A stretch of DNA of 32,000 nt from Promethearchaeota archaeon (lineage in GTDB: Archaea > Asgardarchaeota > Lokiarchaeia > Sigyniarchaeales > Promethearchaeaceae), in NCBI GenBank assembly GCA_016933055.1, contig JAFGBS010000009.1:786989-818988 (forward strand). Direction: 5' to 3'. Below are positions 1 to 10,638 of the stretch, piece by piece (within the stretch, counting starts at the first letter, position 1; each line of letters begins with the position of its first letter). Position numbers and translations under genes: made by a program. The notes under the pieces were generated by a model that made no database searches, had not been told where the DNA came from, and was given only the letters and a program-made list of their open reading frames with translations.

Positions 1-989
1 TCATAGGGTTGAATGCAATGAGGATGATGACAGACAATTAAATCAGCACCTTTTTCTGAAAGATAATGAGCTATCTCTACTTGCCTAGGTGTGGGGAAAA
101 ATTCATATTCTATACCCCAATGCAGGGATACCACCACTAAATCACAGCCTTTTTTCCTTAAGTTTTCAATTTGTATTTTCAGGGGACTCAAATCTGGATA
201 TATTTTAGGATTATGAAAGGGAATATAATTTATTAAATAGGGCATATCTTCAGGCATAGGTTTGAGATTTAAACTATACGTAAAACCAACAAATCCGAAT
301 TGAATTCCCTTTACTTCATAAATTAGTCCTGATTTCTGATTTTCAGGAGTTATATTAGTTCCAAAATGAAGGATACCGTCTTGTTCCAATCTTTTCACCG
401 TAGTTTGATACCCTTCAAAGCCCCTATCCAAAATATGATTATTTGCGAGATGGAACAAAGAAAATTGCTTATCTCGGTGTCCTACCATTGCGAGATAGTC
501 ATCCAGAGTGGCATTAATTTGGGGTGTTTCTTTATATTGATAAGTAGTTTGATCAATTTTCTCTAGAGTCAAAGTCGATTCCAAATTCGCAACTGAAATA
601 TCATCATCGAAGATCTCGTGCGCTACGTTTTGGTAGAATGTGTTTCTCGAATTTCTAATGATATCATTCTTCATTAAATCTCCACAAAATGTCATAGATG
701 CAGTATATTCGGGAATAAATTCTGAAGGGAGGAATTTTTTGGGTTTCTTCTGTTCATTCTTGAAATATTTTTCTAATCCCGAACCTTTTTGTGCGTGCAC
801 AACTGGGCGCATAGATTTAGATACCCCATAAACTCCATTTCTAATGTTCTCGACAGTAGGATCATGGACTCTGGGATACTCGTATCTTCTGAAAAGACGA
901 GTGAGAAACAACAGGAGATACAGAACAGTTTTCAGATACCATGGTAGTGACAACCGTTCCCGTAAGTCTTTAGGTATTTTATTATCCAT
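1..989 (-). CDS. CapA (PGA_cap) family metallophosphoesterase-like protein, 3' end runs off the window
   Basis: Not in the ORF track. Manual translation of the minus strand from ATG at 989 is open to base 1: MDNKIPKDLRERLSLPWYLKTVLYLLLFL...CGDLM...ANLES...LANNHILDRG...SLHWGIEY...GADLIVCHHPHCIQPY, the typical CapA motif series. N-terminal hydrophobic anchor; GAGG upstream. Confidence 0.9.
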   Translation of the reverse strand, partial: MDNKIPKDLRERLSLPWYLKTVLYLLLFLTRLFRRYEYPRVHDPTVENIRNGVYGVSKSMRPVVHAQKGSGLEKYFKNEQKKPKKFLPSEFIPEYTASMTFCGDLMKNDIIRNSRNTFYQNVAHEIFDDDISVANLESTLTLEKIDQTTYQYKETPQINATLDDYLAMVGHRDKQFSLFHLANNHILDRGFEGYQTTVKRLEQDGILHFGTNITPENQKSGLIYEVKGIQFGFVGFTYSLNLKPMPEDMPYLINYIPFHNPKIYPDLSPLKIQIENLRKKGCDLVVVSLHWGIEYEFFPTPRQVEIAHYLSEKGADLIVCHHPHCIQPY

Positions 990-1094
990 TCAAAAAACCT
1001 CGAATTTAACACAATTAGTTGGTTGGGGAACAGAAAAAAATTTAGATCATTTAATCTTTAAAATACGTAACATAGGTAATAATATCCTATCACT

Positions 1095-4000
1095 TTATTG
1101 GATATTTAGAAACCCTATAGAAATCAGCTGTGTTTTTACGGACAATTTCCGGTAAAATTCCAATCTTTTTACATCTTCTGGCAAATCAAACTCAATTTCC
1201 GTCAAGTCCTTTTTCAAATCATCTACTTCTAAATTTAAAGATTGTATTTCTCGGATAATAGAATTATAAGCGTTTTCTTTTTCCTTCCGTCTTTCTTCAT
1301 TCTTAATTTTGTACACATTATCCCATTGTCTTTTAGTGGGCACTTTTGTTTCAATGGTCTTTAACCTCTGCTCATGAAGATGTATTTTGTTAAGAATATA
1401 TTCTCGTTTATATTGAGTCAATGCAACGGTTCTTTGGAGTTCTTTTTTAAACATTATCTCATTAAGATCATCTAATTCTTTCTTATTTCGATTAGTTGTC
1501 TTTTTAAAATACTTTCTTGCTTTGATTTCCAAAGATTCAATATCCCCTCTATCAAGATGAGATGTTATTGAGGGAATATTGTGGTTTAAGTCTATTAATT
1601 TATAGAAATTTCGTGGTTTGGAAAGATATTTTGTCAAATATTGTAAGATAAATCCAGATTTTGTTATAATCACAGGTTTTATAATTCGTTCGATAAAGAT
1701 ACCACATATCTCAGTTTCAAATATGAAAACAAATAAAGGTGCATTTTCTCGGATTAATTTCTCGCATAAATCTCGTTCTAAAGGATTAGGGCCGTTATTT
1801 TTATTCAAATAGGTTTTCATATCAAGATTCATAATAGAATAAGGCTGCCCCAAATCCTCACCTTTACAATATTCCACCAACGCTTGGATCAGAGGATGTC
1901 CCAGCGCAAAGAAATCCAGTTCTTCCAGTTTTCGAGCGTTTTCAAGATTAAAAACACCGTCGAATGAGCTTCCTCGTAATCCTAACTCGTTACGTAATTC
2001 ATTTTGTATATCAATTCTCACATAATCTATACTAGAAGCGTGTTTTAAGTGTGAAATCTTTCCAAAACTTTTATCTCCTTGACGAAAATGCAGAAAAAAG
2101 GTCTTAAAAAACACAGAAATATCCTCATCATTTAGATGACTCGCATTTTCAATAATTTCGTCCATTCCATCCATTTGAAAAGATTTTCGATCTAAAACAA
2201 AATCTTCTAATTGAGCTTGGATTTCTTCCATTTTCAGCTGTTCGTTGATAATCTCCTCCTCAAAATCATATAAACTATCATATTTTTCACTGAATACTGC
2301 TTTATTAATACTTTTTTCTAAATTGGTAATGATGGGTTCAAGATTTCCAATCGATTCGGTAAATAAATTGATTCTTTTAGCAAGGATTTCTAAGATTCGA
2401 CTTTCTACTGTCCCTTTTACTAAAAAGTTGAAAATTAGAACATCATTTTCTTGCCCAATTCGATCTAATCGCCCAATTCGTTGTTCGAGTTTCATTGGAT
2501 TCCAAGGGAGGTCATAATTGATCAAAACACTACAAAATTGGAAATTTCGACCCTCACCGCCTACTTCTGTAGAAACCAATACGTCTCCGTGCAATTTAAA
2601 TCGTTCAACCGATTGATCTTTTTGATCTCGATCTAAGTCCCCATGAAATTCTTCCACATCAATACCTAGTTGTTGTAAGGTATCTTTAATATAGAATAAC
2701 GTTCTTTTAAACTGGGTAAAAATTATGATTTTATGGTTCTGTTCTTGTAAATTCTTAACAATCTCCACTAACGCACTCAGTTTCGAATCTATTTCAACTC
2801 TTTTCAGTCGCTGTAAAAAATCCTGCAGCACCGTAAGATGATTAGTCAAATACTCAATCTCTTTTTGTAATAAAGCAGATTCTTCATTTAAATTCCCGGA
2901 GTATGTTGCAATTTCATCCCAATCATCTTCTTCTAAATCAAAATAATCTTCATCTTGAAGTTCAAGAGGTATTGTTGATTGTCTTCCTTTTATCTGTTTT
3001 TTCTTTAGAACCTCATTTATTTTAGATACCCGCTTCTCTAAAGATGAGATCAATGCCTTGGGTGAGGATGTGAGTAATTTTTGGAGAACAACCATTACGA
3101 ATCCCAATGCGGGGTTTTTAGAATCCACAGACTCGTTATACGTTTTGGCTAAATATAGCTGTATTTCTTTGTAAATGTCTGCCTCCTCATCTGTTTGAAT
3201 CACTTCCACATTTTGGACAATTCGCCTAACAAACTTATCTGAGAATATTTTCCGTTTCCTGTTCCGAAATAAAAAATTACTTAAAAAATGATAATCTTGT
3301 AAACGTTGGATCAATTTTTTTCTTCCTAATATAGTCAGGGTCAATTTTCTTATTTTGTCATAACTGAAAGTCCGACCCAGTTTCTTATCTACCACCATAT
3401 CTTCAATCAATTCTTTTAAATACTCCCTATCTTCTACTTTTTGTTCAGATGTCAAAATCTTTAAGGGAATTTTCTCTTTATTTGAAAGCATTGATTCATA
3501 ATATGCATGTACACCGCGATAAACTAATGGTGGGTTTCCTAATATATCATGAATAAGCCCTATCATATTTTCCTTTTGAAAAAGGCTTAATGTGGGGAAA
3601 ACGTGCAAATTTCTAACCAACATAGTGATGATAGGTAACTGTTTGCGTTCACTTTCAAAATCTTCAAAATTGTGAAATATATCAGGTCGTATCAACTGAA
3701 GAAGACTAAATAAGTCGAAGGAATGCAACTGGATGGGTGTTGCAGTGAGTAATAGTAGACTTCTTGCTTTTTCCCCTAATTTTCGAGCAAGATGGTATCC
3801 CAAAGTTTCTTTATATTGACCAGAGCTTTGAATATATCTCCTTAAATGATGGGCTTCATCAAAAATAATAATATCCCAATAGAGTGAGGATAATAGCTCC
3901 CGATTTCGTTCCATTCGGGCAAATTGCAATGAAGTGATTACGAACGGATATTCAAGGTGGGTATCTGTTCGGTATAACACATGGGGGTGATCACACCGAT

Positions 4001-4871
4001 CGAGCTTTCGGACAAATTGGGAATCAAATCTCTCTAATCGGATGGAAAACTTGTTCTGGAATTCAAATATCCATTGATTTACTAAGTTCGCAGGGGATAC
4101 AATTAAAACCTTTTTTGCTAAGTTGCGAGAGATCATCTCCTTCACAAAAATACCCGCTTCAATAGTCTTTCCTAGCCCTACTTCATCAGCAAGAATATAA
4201 CGGGGTGAATATTGCATAACTAATTGATGAGCAATATAGACTTGATGAGGCAGAAGATTCAGTCTACTATTAGAGATAAATTTTAAATCACTGGAGGTGT
4301 ATGTATTATATAAAAGTCGTGCAAAATATCGTAAGGCAAAAATTGTGGGATCTGATGGTAAATTTTTTAGGTAACTTTCGATTGGGGAGTGTACACGTTC
4401 TATTATTCCATTCTCTGGGAAATTTTTAGTTCTCCCGTCGTTTAATACCACGTCGTATGAAATATTTCCCAATTTTGATGGTGTATTAACTTTTTTAACA
4501 GTTCCTAGACCAGAAATCGTTCTAACAATATCAGTGACATAAAACACTTCGTGCCGTATTTCTTCAGCAGAAACCACGCGATCGTTGTATGCTCTAAATC
4601 TCACATGATACATGAGTTTTTCATAAAATAATGTTTCTTCTGTAGAATCCTTTTCTTCATCTTCTATATCTGAACAATATTCATAGGGAGTCTTATAATC
4701 TGATATTTTTTCTATAAATCCTGTTCCATAATCAGGTTGATTGATTAATATAACCCTATTTCCCACTGCAAAAGTGTGTGAATTGCACTTCAAATTAAGA
4801 CAAAGTAATGTGGAACTTAGTTTACTACCACAATACACACAGACTTGGTTTTTGCTAGCTGACTCGGTCAT
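1095..4871 (-). CDS. RapA/HepA-like SNF2-family ATP-dependent helicase with N-terminal Cys4 Zn finger and Tudor/SH3-like repeats
   Basis: ILADEVGLGKTIEAG (Walker A), DEAH, LLLTATP, STEVGGEGRNFQFC...NYDLPWNPMKLEQRIGRLDRIGQ. N-terminal CVYC...CLNLKC; C-terminal coiled coil. Confidence 0.9.
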   Translation of the reverse strand: MTESASKNQVCVYCGSKLSSTLLCLNLKCNSHTFAVGNRVILINQPDYGTGFIEKISDYKTPYEYCSDIEDEEKDSTEETLFYEKLMYHVRFRAYNDRVVSAEEIRHEVFYVTDIVRTISGLGTVKKVNTPSKLGNISYDVVLNDGRTKNFPENGIIERVHSPIESYLKNLPSDPTIFALRYFARLLYNTYTSSDLKFISNSRLNLLPHQVYIAHQLVMQYSPRYILADEVGLGKTIEAGIFVKEMISRNLAKKVLIVSPANLVNQWIFEFQNKFSIRLERFDSQFVRKLDRCDHPHVLYRTDTHLEYPFVITSLQFARMERNRELLSSLYWDIIIFDEAHHLRRYIQSSGQYKETLGYHLARKLGEKARSLLLLTATPIQLHSFDLFSLLQLIRPDIFHNFEDFESERKQLPIITMLVRNLHVFPTLSLFQKENMIGLIHDILGNPPLVYRGVHAYYESMLSNKEKIPLKILTSEQKVEDREYLKELIEDMVVDKKLGRTFSYDKIRKLTLTILGRKKLIQRLQDYHFLSNFLFRNRKRKIFSDKFVRRIVQNVEVIQTDEEADIYKEIQLYLAKTYNESVDSKNPALGFVMVVLQKLLTSSPKALISSLEKRVSKINEVLKKKQIKGRQSTIPLELQDEDYFDLEEDDWDEIATYSGNLNEESALLQKEIEYLTNHLTVLQDFLQRLKRVEIDSKLSALVEIVKNLQEQNHKIIIFTQFKRTLFYIKDTLQQLGIDVEEFHGDLDRDQKDQSVERFKLHGDVLVSTEVGGEGRNFQFCSVLINYDLPWNPMKLEQRIGRLDRIGQENDVLIFNFLVKGTVESRILEILAKRINLFTESIGNLEPIITNLEKSINKAVFSEKYDSLYDFEEEIINEQLKMEEIQAQLEDFVLDRKSFQMDGMDEIIENASHLNDEDISVFFKTFFLHFRQGDKSFGKISHLKHASSIDYVRIDIQNELRNELGLRGSSFDGVFNLENARKLEELDFFALGHPLIQALVEYCKGEDLGQPYSIMNLDMKTYLNKNNGPNPLERDLCEKLIRENAPLFVFIFETEICGIFIERIIKPVIITKSGFILQYLTKYLSKPRNFYKLIDLNHNIPSITSHLDRGDIESLEIKARKYFKKTTNRNKKELDDLNEIMFKKELQRTVALTQYKREYILNKIHLHEQRLKTIETKVPTKRQWDNVYKIKNEERRKEKENAYNSIIREIQSLNLEVDDLKKDLTEIEFDLPEDVKRLEFYRKLSVKTQLISIGFLNIQ

Positions 4872-5279
4872 ATCAAAAAAAACCTAAAATTCTCATGAAT
4901 TGTTACATTGAAACTGCAAAAAACTTTATTATTAATCAATTTTCCTACCATAGTTCTCGCATGAACTTGGTTCATTTAACTACGCCAAAACTTACTTCCA
5001 CACTTCTATAAACAGTTTTAGCAGGTTATAACTTAGGTGCATCTGCCTCCCATAAGAAAATCTGGTTTACGCATTTGGTGAAACTTTATGATAGTTTTTC
5101 GTTCAAACGTTTATCTACTCGCGGGGTAGGGTAAAATAGGGTTTGACTACAAAAAAATCAAAAAATCTTTTTTAGTGTTTACTCTTCATTCATTTATAAA
5201 AATATATCAGCACAGTCGTATTACAATAGAATCAATTAAAATTCCAGAAGCATTACAAAATAAGGGTAAAAGCGGAAAA

Positions 5280-7016
5280 ATGGTGTATTATAATATAAGG
5301 GTGGGATTAGCGCAAATTAATCCCACTTTAGGGGACTTACCAGCAAATCGGGATAAAATAATAACATTTATTGAAAAAGCAGAAGAACTTCTTTGCGATG
5401 TAGTTCTCTTTCCAGAAATGGCTATAACGGGATATCCAGTACAAGATCTTGTCTACAAACAGGATTTTGTTGATAATAATCTTAAAGTTCTGGAGCAAAT
5501 AAAAACACGCATACGAAAGTGCATAGCTGTGGTTGGATGTGTGACAAAAGCTGGCACAGAAAAAAGATCAACTGCCCCCTTTCATAATTCTGCAGCAATT
5601 CTCTATCCAGATGGTCATACACAATATATCCACAAACATTTATTACCAAATTATGATGTATTTGATGAAAAACGTTATTTCAAACCCTCTAGACAATTTC
5701 CTCTCATTAAAATTGACCAACTCCGAATTGGATTAGAAATTTGCGAAGATTTATGGGATAAACAATATTCAGTAAAAGTTACGAAAGAATTAAAGAAACG
5801 TGGAGCTAATTCCGTATTCATTATCAATGCTAGCCCCTATTATATAGAAAAACCCAAGATCCGAGAAGCTCTTGTTAAACAAGATGCGAAAAAACATAAG
5901 GTTCCTTTTGCGTATCTCAACATGGTGGGGGGACAAGATGAAATCGTATATGATGGTAGAAGTTTTATAGTTGATGATTCTGGTCGAACCATTCATCGCA
6001 TGCCATCATTTAAAGAAGAATTTAATTATTTCGATCTACCCATACCGGTAAAAGAAAAATTCGTAAAAACCTCTTTAAAGTTGACCGACAGTCCAAAAAC
6101 CATATATAAATCCCGGTATTTGCGTATCGATACGAATGAAGAAATTTTTAAAGCCCTAACTATGAATTTACGTGATTATTATAACAAAACCGGAATATTC
6201 AAAAAAATAGTCTTAGGATTAAGCGGGGGTATAGATTCCTCTTTTACAGCTGTAATTGCTTGCCATGCAATAGGTCCGAAAAATGTTGTAGGAATAATTA
6301 TGCCCTCCCGTTATTCCTCCGAACATAGTGTTGCTGATGCAGTTCAGTTGTGTAAGAATCTGGGAATGCAGTATATCGAAGTACCGATTAGTAAAATCCA
6401 TACCATTTATGAAGCAGAAGTACGGGAACATTTTGAGGTGGAAGAATTTTCTGTAGCAGATGAAAACCTACAATCAAGAATCCGAGGAGTTTTATTAATG
6501 TATTACTCGAATAAATTTGATGCATTGCTTGTTTCCACGGGAAACAAAAGTGAAATTGCGGTAGGATATTGCACTCTTTATGGGGATACTAACGGTGGGA
6601 AAAATATCCCCGGGGATCTATATAAAGTGCAAATTTATGAAATTGCACGTTGGATTAATGAAAATATCAAACCGGTAGGACAAAGTAAAAATGAAAAAGT
6701 CATCCCCCAAAACACTATAGAGAAGCCACCGAGTGCAGAATTACGTCCCAATCAGACAGATCAAGATTCTCTCCCTCCTTACGAGACACTGGATGCTATA
6801 TTATATGAGATGATTGAAAACCAACAATCTATTCGGGGAATCATCAAAATGGGATTCGATCCAGATATTGTCCGGAAAGTAGAGCGTATGTATCATGCCT
6901 CCGAATATAAGAGAGCCCAATTAGCACAAACTATTAAAATTACGAGGAAAGCGTTCGGAACGGGATATCGATGGCCGGTTATTAACAAATATCACTTGAC
7001 AAAAGATCAAATTTAA
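5280..7016 (+). CDS. nadE: Glutamine-dependent NAD+ synthetase (nitrilase domain plus synthetase domain)
   Basis: Nitrilase triad motifs LFPEM, HKHLLPNYDVFDEKRYF, EICEDLW; synthetase motifs LGLSGGIDSS, STGNKSE, KPPSAELRPNQTD. Start moved from the track's GTG 5175 to ATG 5280 (MVYYNIRVGLAQ), where homology begins. Confidence 0.95.
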   Translation: MVYYNIRVGLAQINPTLGDLPANRDKIITFIEKAEELLCDVVLFPEMAITGYPVQDLVYKQDFVDNNLKVLEQIKTRIRKCIAVVGCVTKAGTEKRSTAPFHNSAAILYPDGHTQYIHKHLLPNYDVFDEKRYFKPSRQFPLIKIDQLRIGLEICEDLWDKQYSVKVTKELKKRGANSVFIINASPYYIEKPKIREALVKQDAKKHKVPFAYLNMVGGQDEIVYDGRSFIVDDSGRTIHRMPSFKEEFNYFDLPIPVKEKFVKTSLKLTDSPKTIYKSRYLRIDTNEEIFKALTMNLRDYYNKTGIFKKIVLGLSGGIDSSFTAVIACHAIGPKNVVGIIMPSRYSSEHSVADAVQLCKNLGMQYIEVPISKIHTIYEAEVREHFEVEEFSVADENLQSRIRGVLLMYYSNKFDALLVSTGNKSEIAVGYCTLYGDTNGGKNIPGDLYKVQIYEIARWINENIKPVGQSKNEKVIPQNTIEKPPSAELRPNQTDQDSLPPYETLDAILYEMIENQQSIRGIIKMGFDPDIVRKVERMYHASEYKRAQLAQTIKITRKAFGTGYRWPVINKYHLTKDQI

Positions 7017-7090
7017 GTTACTTTTTAGAATCATATTTTTATCTATCGCTACTTCATAAGCTTTATTTTGGTATAACTCGAACGATAGTT

Positions 7091-8983
7091 ATGGTATTAC
7101 GGTGGATCCGAAGGATAATTGGACGCCTAAGAACAAAACGGGAAAAATTTCAATATCTTTGGGATGATGAACTCGGGTACCATAAAATTATCGCATCTCG
7201 AGAATATAATTATCTTTTGGAATTAATTGCTATACCCTTCTCCTTAATCATCATACCTTTTTTTCTTGCTTTCTATTTTCCTTACCCTGAAATTCGAGGA
7301 TACGCAGGTTTAACGGAAGGTTTTATGGCTTTTCTCTTCGGTGTGTTCGATATCGGGACTTCAAGTGGTCCGAATGGGGACATGTCCCAGAAATTCATGC
7401 GTTTCATTTCCCAACATAGATCTACCAGCCCAAAACGGGCAATCGGATATATTCAATTTTTTATATATTTCCAAATGTTTACAGGTTTAATGCAAATAAC
7501 AGGCATCTCCATTTATGTTTTTACCAGTTTAATATACAAACCGCAAGCTCATTTCGCTTGGTTTTTTCTAGTATATTCCTTAATCCAATTTCCAGGAATG
7601 CTACAAGTTTTTGAATCCAGCATTAAGTCCTTTCAGCGATTTGATCAAGCAAATCTGGTAATCTTTTTACGAGACGTATTCTGGTACCCCTTTTTCCAAA
7701 TTGTACTCATGAGTATAGGAAAAGTAGTTGCAAGAAATCATCCTTATGGAGAAATGATGATACTTGGTATATTTTTCACCGCATCGTTGTACGTAGGAGA
7801 TCTGTTTGCGTTTCTTTTTGGCGCTTATGTCTTCTCAAAGATACTAAAACCATTGGGATATCGAACCCGAGATTTATTCAAGAGTGATTTTATTGCTATG
7901 GGGATAGTAAAGGAAATTCTTAGTTTTATTGGGATAATTTGGATTTTCACTCAATTAATGGGAATATTCAGCCTATTAAGTCAAGTATGGATCGTTACAT
8001 GGCTTGCAGCTGCTGCATCATTTAAAGGACTGGTCAATACGGGTAACGGGATTGCAAACTTGGGCTTAGGGTTTGCTCCTTCAATAAGTACAACTATGGC
8101 TCAAGTCTCAGAAGCTTATAACAACAAAAAACCAGAGTTAGCTAAGTATTATGTACAAAATGCTCTCAAATACGCGGGTTATTATGCTGTAGCTGTAATG
8201 ATCCCCTTATTGATCATCATTCCCAAGGCTTTGGATTCGATATTTGCAGTGATTCCTGGATTAGAGCTTTATGAGAAAGCAATTCAACTTCTTCCCCTAC
8301 TTGTTTTTATCAAAGCGATGGACACATTTCGCCGGATCGGGATTGAATTACTCATAAATCTACATCAACGTAATAAAGTCATTGTAATGGAGAGTATTTT
8401 ATATCCACTTCAATTTCTCTTCACTTTTTTGTTTTTACGGGTATGGTATTTAGGTTGGATGGCGCTAGTTTTACCGTATTTTCTCGCATGGTTTATCCAA
8501 AATATACTTAGTTTGATATGGATCCAGAAGAAAGTGTTGAAAATTGAATACAAACGCGTATTATGGCAAGGTTTCGTGGCACCTCTTATTGCAGGAATTT
8601 TCTATGCAGGGATATGTTTTGGAATCGTCGTATTGTGGGATCCAATTCTCCTATTTTTATGTTCTTTGATGAGTGATATCGTTGCTACTATTCTATTTGT
8701 GTTTGTATCTCTAGTCGGATTCTTTCTATTTTTTGAATTAATTTTTTATCGTCCTTTTTACGCCTTAGCGGGTGGTTGGGATACCGAAACATTAGGAACT
8801 TGGGAAAAGGCTAGGCACATCTCCCGAATATCAAACTTTCTGGTAGATTGGAAGTATAAAATTGACAATTTTTTTTCATCTAAATCCAGACTATTTAATC
8901 GTTTTCCCATTGCAAACTACAAGAAAGCGTATAAAGAGAGGGATGAGCTGATTGCAACGATGAAAAATAGACCTAAGGAATAA
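7091..8983 (+). CDS. Polytopic membrane protein, oligosaccharide flippase/MATE-like (MOP superfamily)
   Basis: 630 aa with 12 or more hydrophobic segments; FDIGT and FISQH near the N-terminus and a VSEAYNN mid-protein loop resemble polysaccharide-biosynthesis exporters. Substrate unknown. Confidence 0.6.
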   Translation: MVLRWIRRIIGRLRTKREKFQYLWDDELGYHKIIASREYNYLLELIAIPFSLIIIPFFLAFYFPYPEIRGYAGLTEGFMAFLFGVFDIGTSSGPNGDMSQKFMRFISQHRSTSPKRAIGYIQFFIYFQMFTGLMQITGISIYVFTSLIYKPQAHFAWFFLVYSLIQFPGMLQVFESSIKSFQRFDQANLVIFLRDVFWYPFFQIVLMSIGKVVARNHPYGEMMILGIFFTASLYVGDLFAFLFGAYVFSKILKPLGYRTRDLFKSDFIAMGIVKEILSFIGIIWIFTQLMGIFSLLSQVWIVTWLAAAASFKGLVNTGNGIANLGLGFAPSISTTMAQVSEAYNNKKPELAKYYVQNALKYAGYYAVAVMIPLLIIIPKALDSIFAVIPGLELYEKAIQLLPLLVFIKAMDTFRRIGIELLINLHQRNKVIVMESILYPLQFLFTFLFLRVWYLGWMALVLPYFLAWFIQNILSLIWIQKKVLKIEYKRVLWQGFVAPLIAGIFYAGICFGIVVLWDPILLFLCSLMSDIVATILFVFVSLVGFFLFFELIFYRPFYALAGGWDTETLGTWEKARHISRISNFLVDWKYKIDNFFSSKSRLFNRFPIANYKKAYKERDELIATMKNRPKE

Positions 8984-8987
8984 ATAA

Positions 8988-9434
8988 AGAATTCTCTTTA
9001 CTTGCTATCACACAAATTGCAGTGAAAATGCATTATTTTTAAACAATCTTATAAGTTCAGGTTCTGAACTATCTTCTGGATTATATTTTACAGATTATAA
9101 TATCACAAGATAACGTACCGAAACCATGTATACCTATACCTACGACAATAAGGAATATACAAACTATCTGGGTAATTATTGGCTTGATCATGAGGCATCA
9201 GATAGTAATTATGATGGAATTGGAGAAAAAGCTGTCATTTTCACGAATTCTCATGTTTGGTACGTGGATGAATATCCATTAGTGCAGTTCTATGAAAAAT
9301 ATGAACTAATAGAACCTTATTTTCCACCAAAAAGAACTATTCTTGGTTATAACATGTTTTTAGTTGTTGCCATAATTGCATTTTCATTACTATTGATTCT
9401 GATGAAAAATCATAAAATAACAAAACAAAACTAA
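8988..9434 (+). pseudogene. Remnant of a NosD/CASH-type surface protein with Loki-CTERM-like C-terminus
   Basis: One frame reads RILFTCYHTNCSENALFLNNLI...YNITR*RTETMYTY...GNYWLDHEASDSNYDGIGE...VDEYPL...ILGYNMFLVVAIIAFSLLLILMKNHK. In-frame TAA at 9111-9113; no start codon or signal peptide. GNYW..D..DGIG..D.YPL is the usual NosD-type C-terminal motif. Confidence 0.7.
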
Positions 9435-9716
9435 TCACCTAGAATTGTAATTGCGTAGAAAATAAGAGAAAAAAAAATCAAATGATCCAAGAAAAAATCG
9501 AATTTACTTTCTCGAAATAAAACTCACGATATTTATTTTACCTACTCGATAGGAATATAAGACAGATCTGTCCTACTGACTCACGACTTGGATTTCAATA
9601 TGTGAAAAGTTATGTATGAGAGAAATTCACTACCATTCGTATCTAATGAATCGTTTACAAATCTCCATTTTTTTTAATAAAAAGCATTTTAATTTGGTGC
9701 AGCTTCACAAAGAATT

Positions 9717-10520
9717 ATGGTTATTCCCACTTATTACTCTGCATTTGAGGAAGTACCTGAAGAATTTAAGACTATGTTATTTGAACGCGCAGTTCCCTAC
9801 TATAAAAAGCATGACTTTCCCTCAAACACTATTGTTTTATGCTTACATGGGTTTACAGCCGTGCCCTACGAGGTGAAGGTGATCGCAAATGCCATCTATG
9901 AAAAAGGTATAGATATAGCAGCTCCATTGCTACCATTTCACGGATATAAGAATATTGAGGATCAAAAACGTTATTTTAATCGGATGCGGGAGGATATAAT
10001 GATGGACGCAGTAAAATTGGAAATCTCTAAAGCCCGACAACATTATAAAAACGTTTTTATGTATGGACAGAGTATGGGTGGTTGTATTGCGTTATGTATG
10101 GCCGGGTTAGGATTAGTGGATGCAGTTGCAGCGACCGCACCGGCAATTAGAATCCATCCTTTTTCTCGAGTACTCGCAACAGTTATGGCTCCTTTCAGCA
10201 TTAATCAACCAAAAAAGGAACCTAGGAAATTTGATTCACCAGGATATGATTTTAATAATGCACGAGCTGCATATGAATTGATAAAACTCTCCAAATTTGC
10301 CCAAAAAAATTTGGAAAATATCACAATTCCTGTCTTTATCGCTCACAGTCATAATGACCCTACAATAAATGGTCCCATAACAGTCAAATGGATGCAACAA
10401 AAGATCAAAGGGAAGTTCACAGTAAAATGGTACGACCATTGCGAACACGTAATCCCACTAGATGTCCAAAAAGACGAAGCTTCCGCAGACATAGCTAACT
10501 TTTTTTCCAATCTACGATGA
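9717..10520 (+). CDS. Alpha/beta-hydrolase carboxylesterase (Est30/YvaK-like)
   Basis: LHGFTA oxyanion motif, GQSMGG nucleophile elbow, HNDPT Asp, CEHVI His. Confidence 0.9.
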   Translation: MVIPTYYSAFEEVPEEFKTMLFERAVPYYKKHDFPSNTIVLCLHGFTAVPYEVKVIANAIYEKGIDIAAPLLPFHGYKNIEDQKRYFNRMREDIMMDAVKLEISKARQHYKNVFMYGQSMGGCIALCMAGLGLVDAVAATAPAIRIHPFSRVLATVMAPFSINQPKKEPRKFDSPGYDFNNARAAYELIKLSKFAQKNLENITIPVFIAHSHNDPTINGPITVKWMQQKIKGKFTVKWYDHCEHVIPLDVQKDEASADIANFFSNLR

Positions 10521-10638
10521 GTATGTTTCGATGAAAATTATTTAGGAATTCTCATCTTTCCTTTTTACAATTCAAACGCAAAAAACAACCCAACGGGTTT
10601 GATATTAGATTGTAATAAAAATTTAAAACCCGAAAGTA

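Noticed and set aside
366-1155. Three short + strand ORFs, and similar short ORFs antisense to larger genes throughout the window
   Set aside because: Shadow ORFs opposite well-supported genes (here the CapA-family gene); no motifs of their own.
3300-3600. Insertion within the SNF2 helicase core as a possible intein
   Set aside because: No Cys/Ser start, His-Asn end or LAGLIDADG motifs; it looks like an ordinary helical insertion.
1095-4871. Helicase as part of a DISARM or other defence operon
   Set aside because: Its neighbours are capA-like and nadE genes; no DrmA, DrmB, DrmC or methyltransferase in the window.
5119-5150. gcggggtagggta resembling a tRNA 5' end
   Set aside because: No anticodon arm, T-loop (TTCRAATC) or complementary acceptor stem follows.
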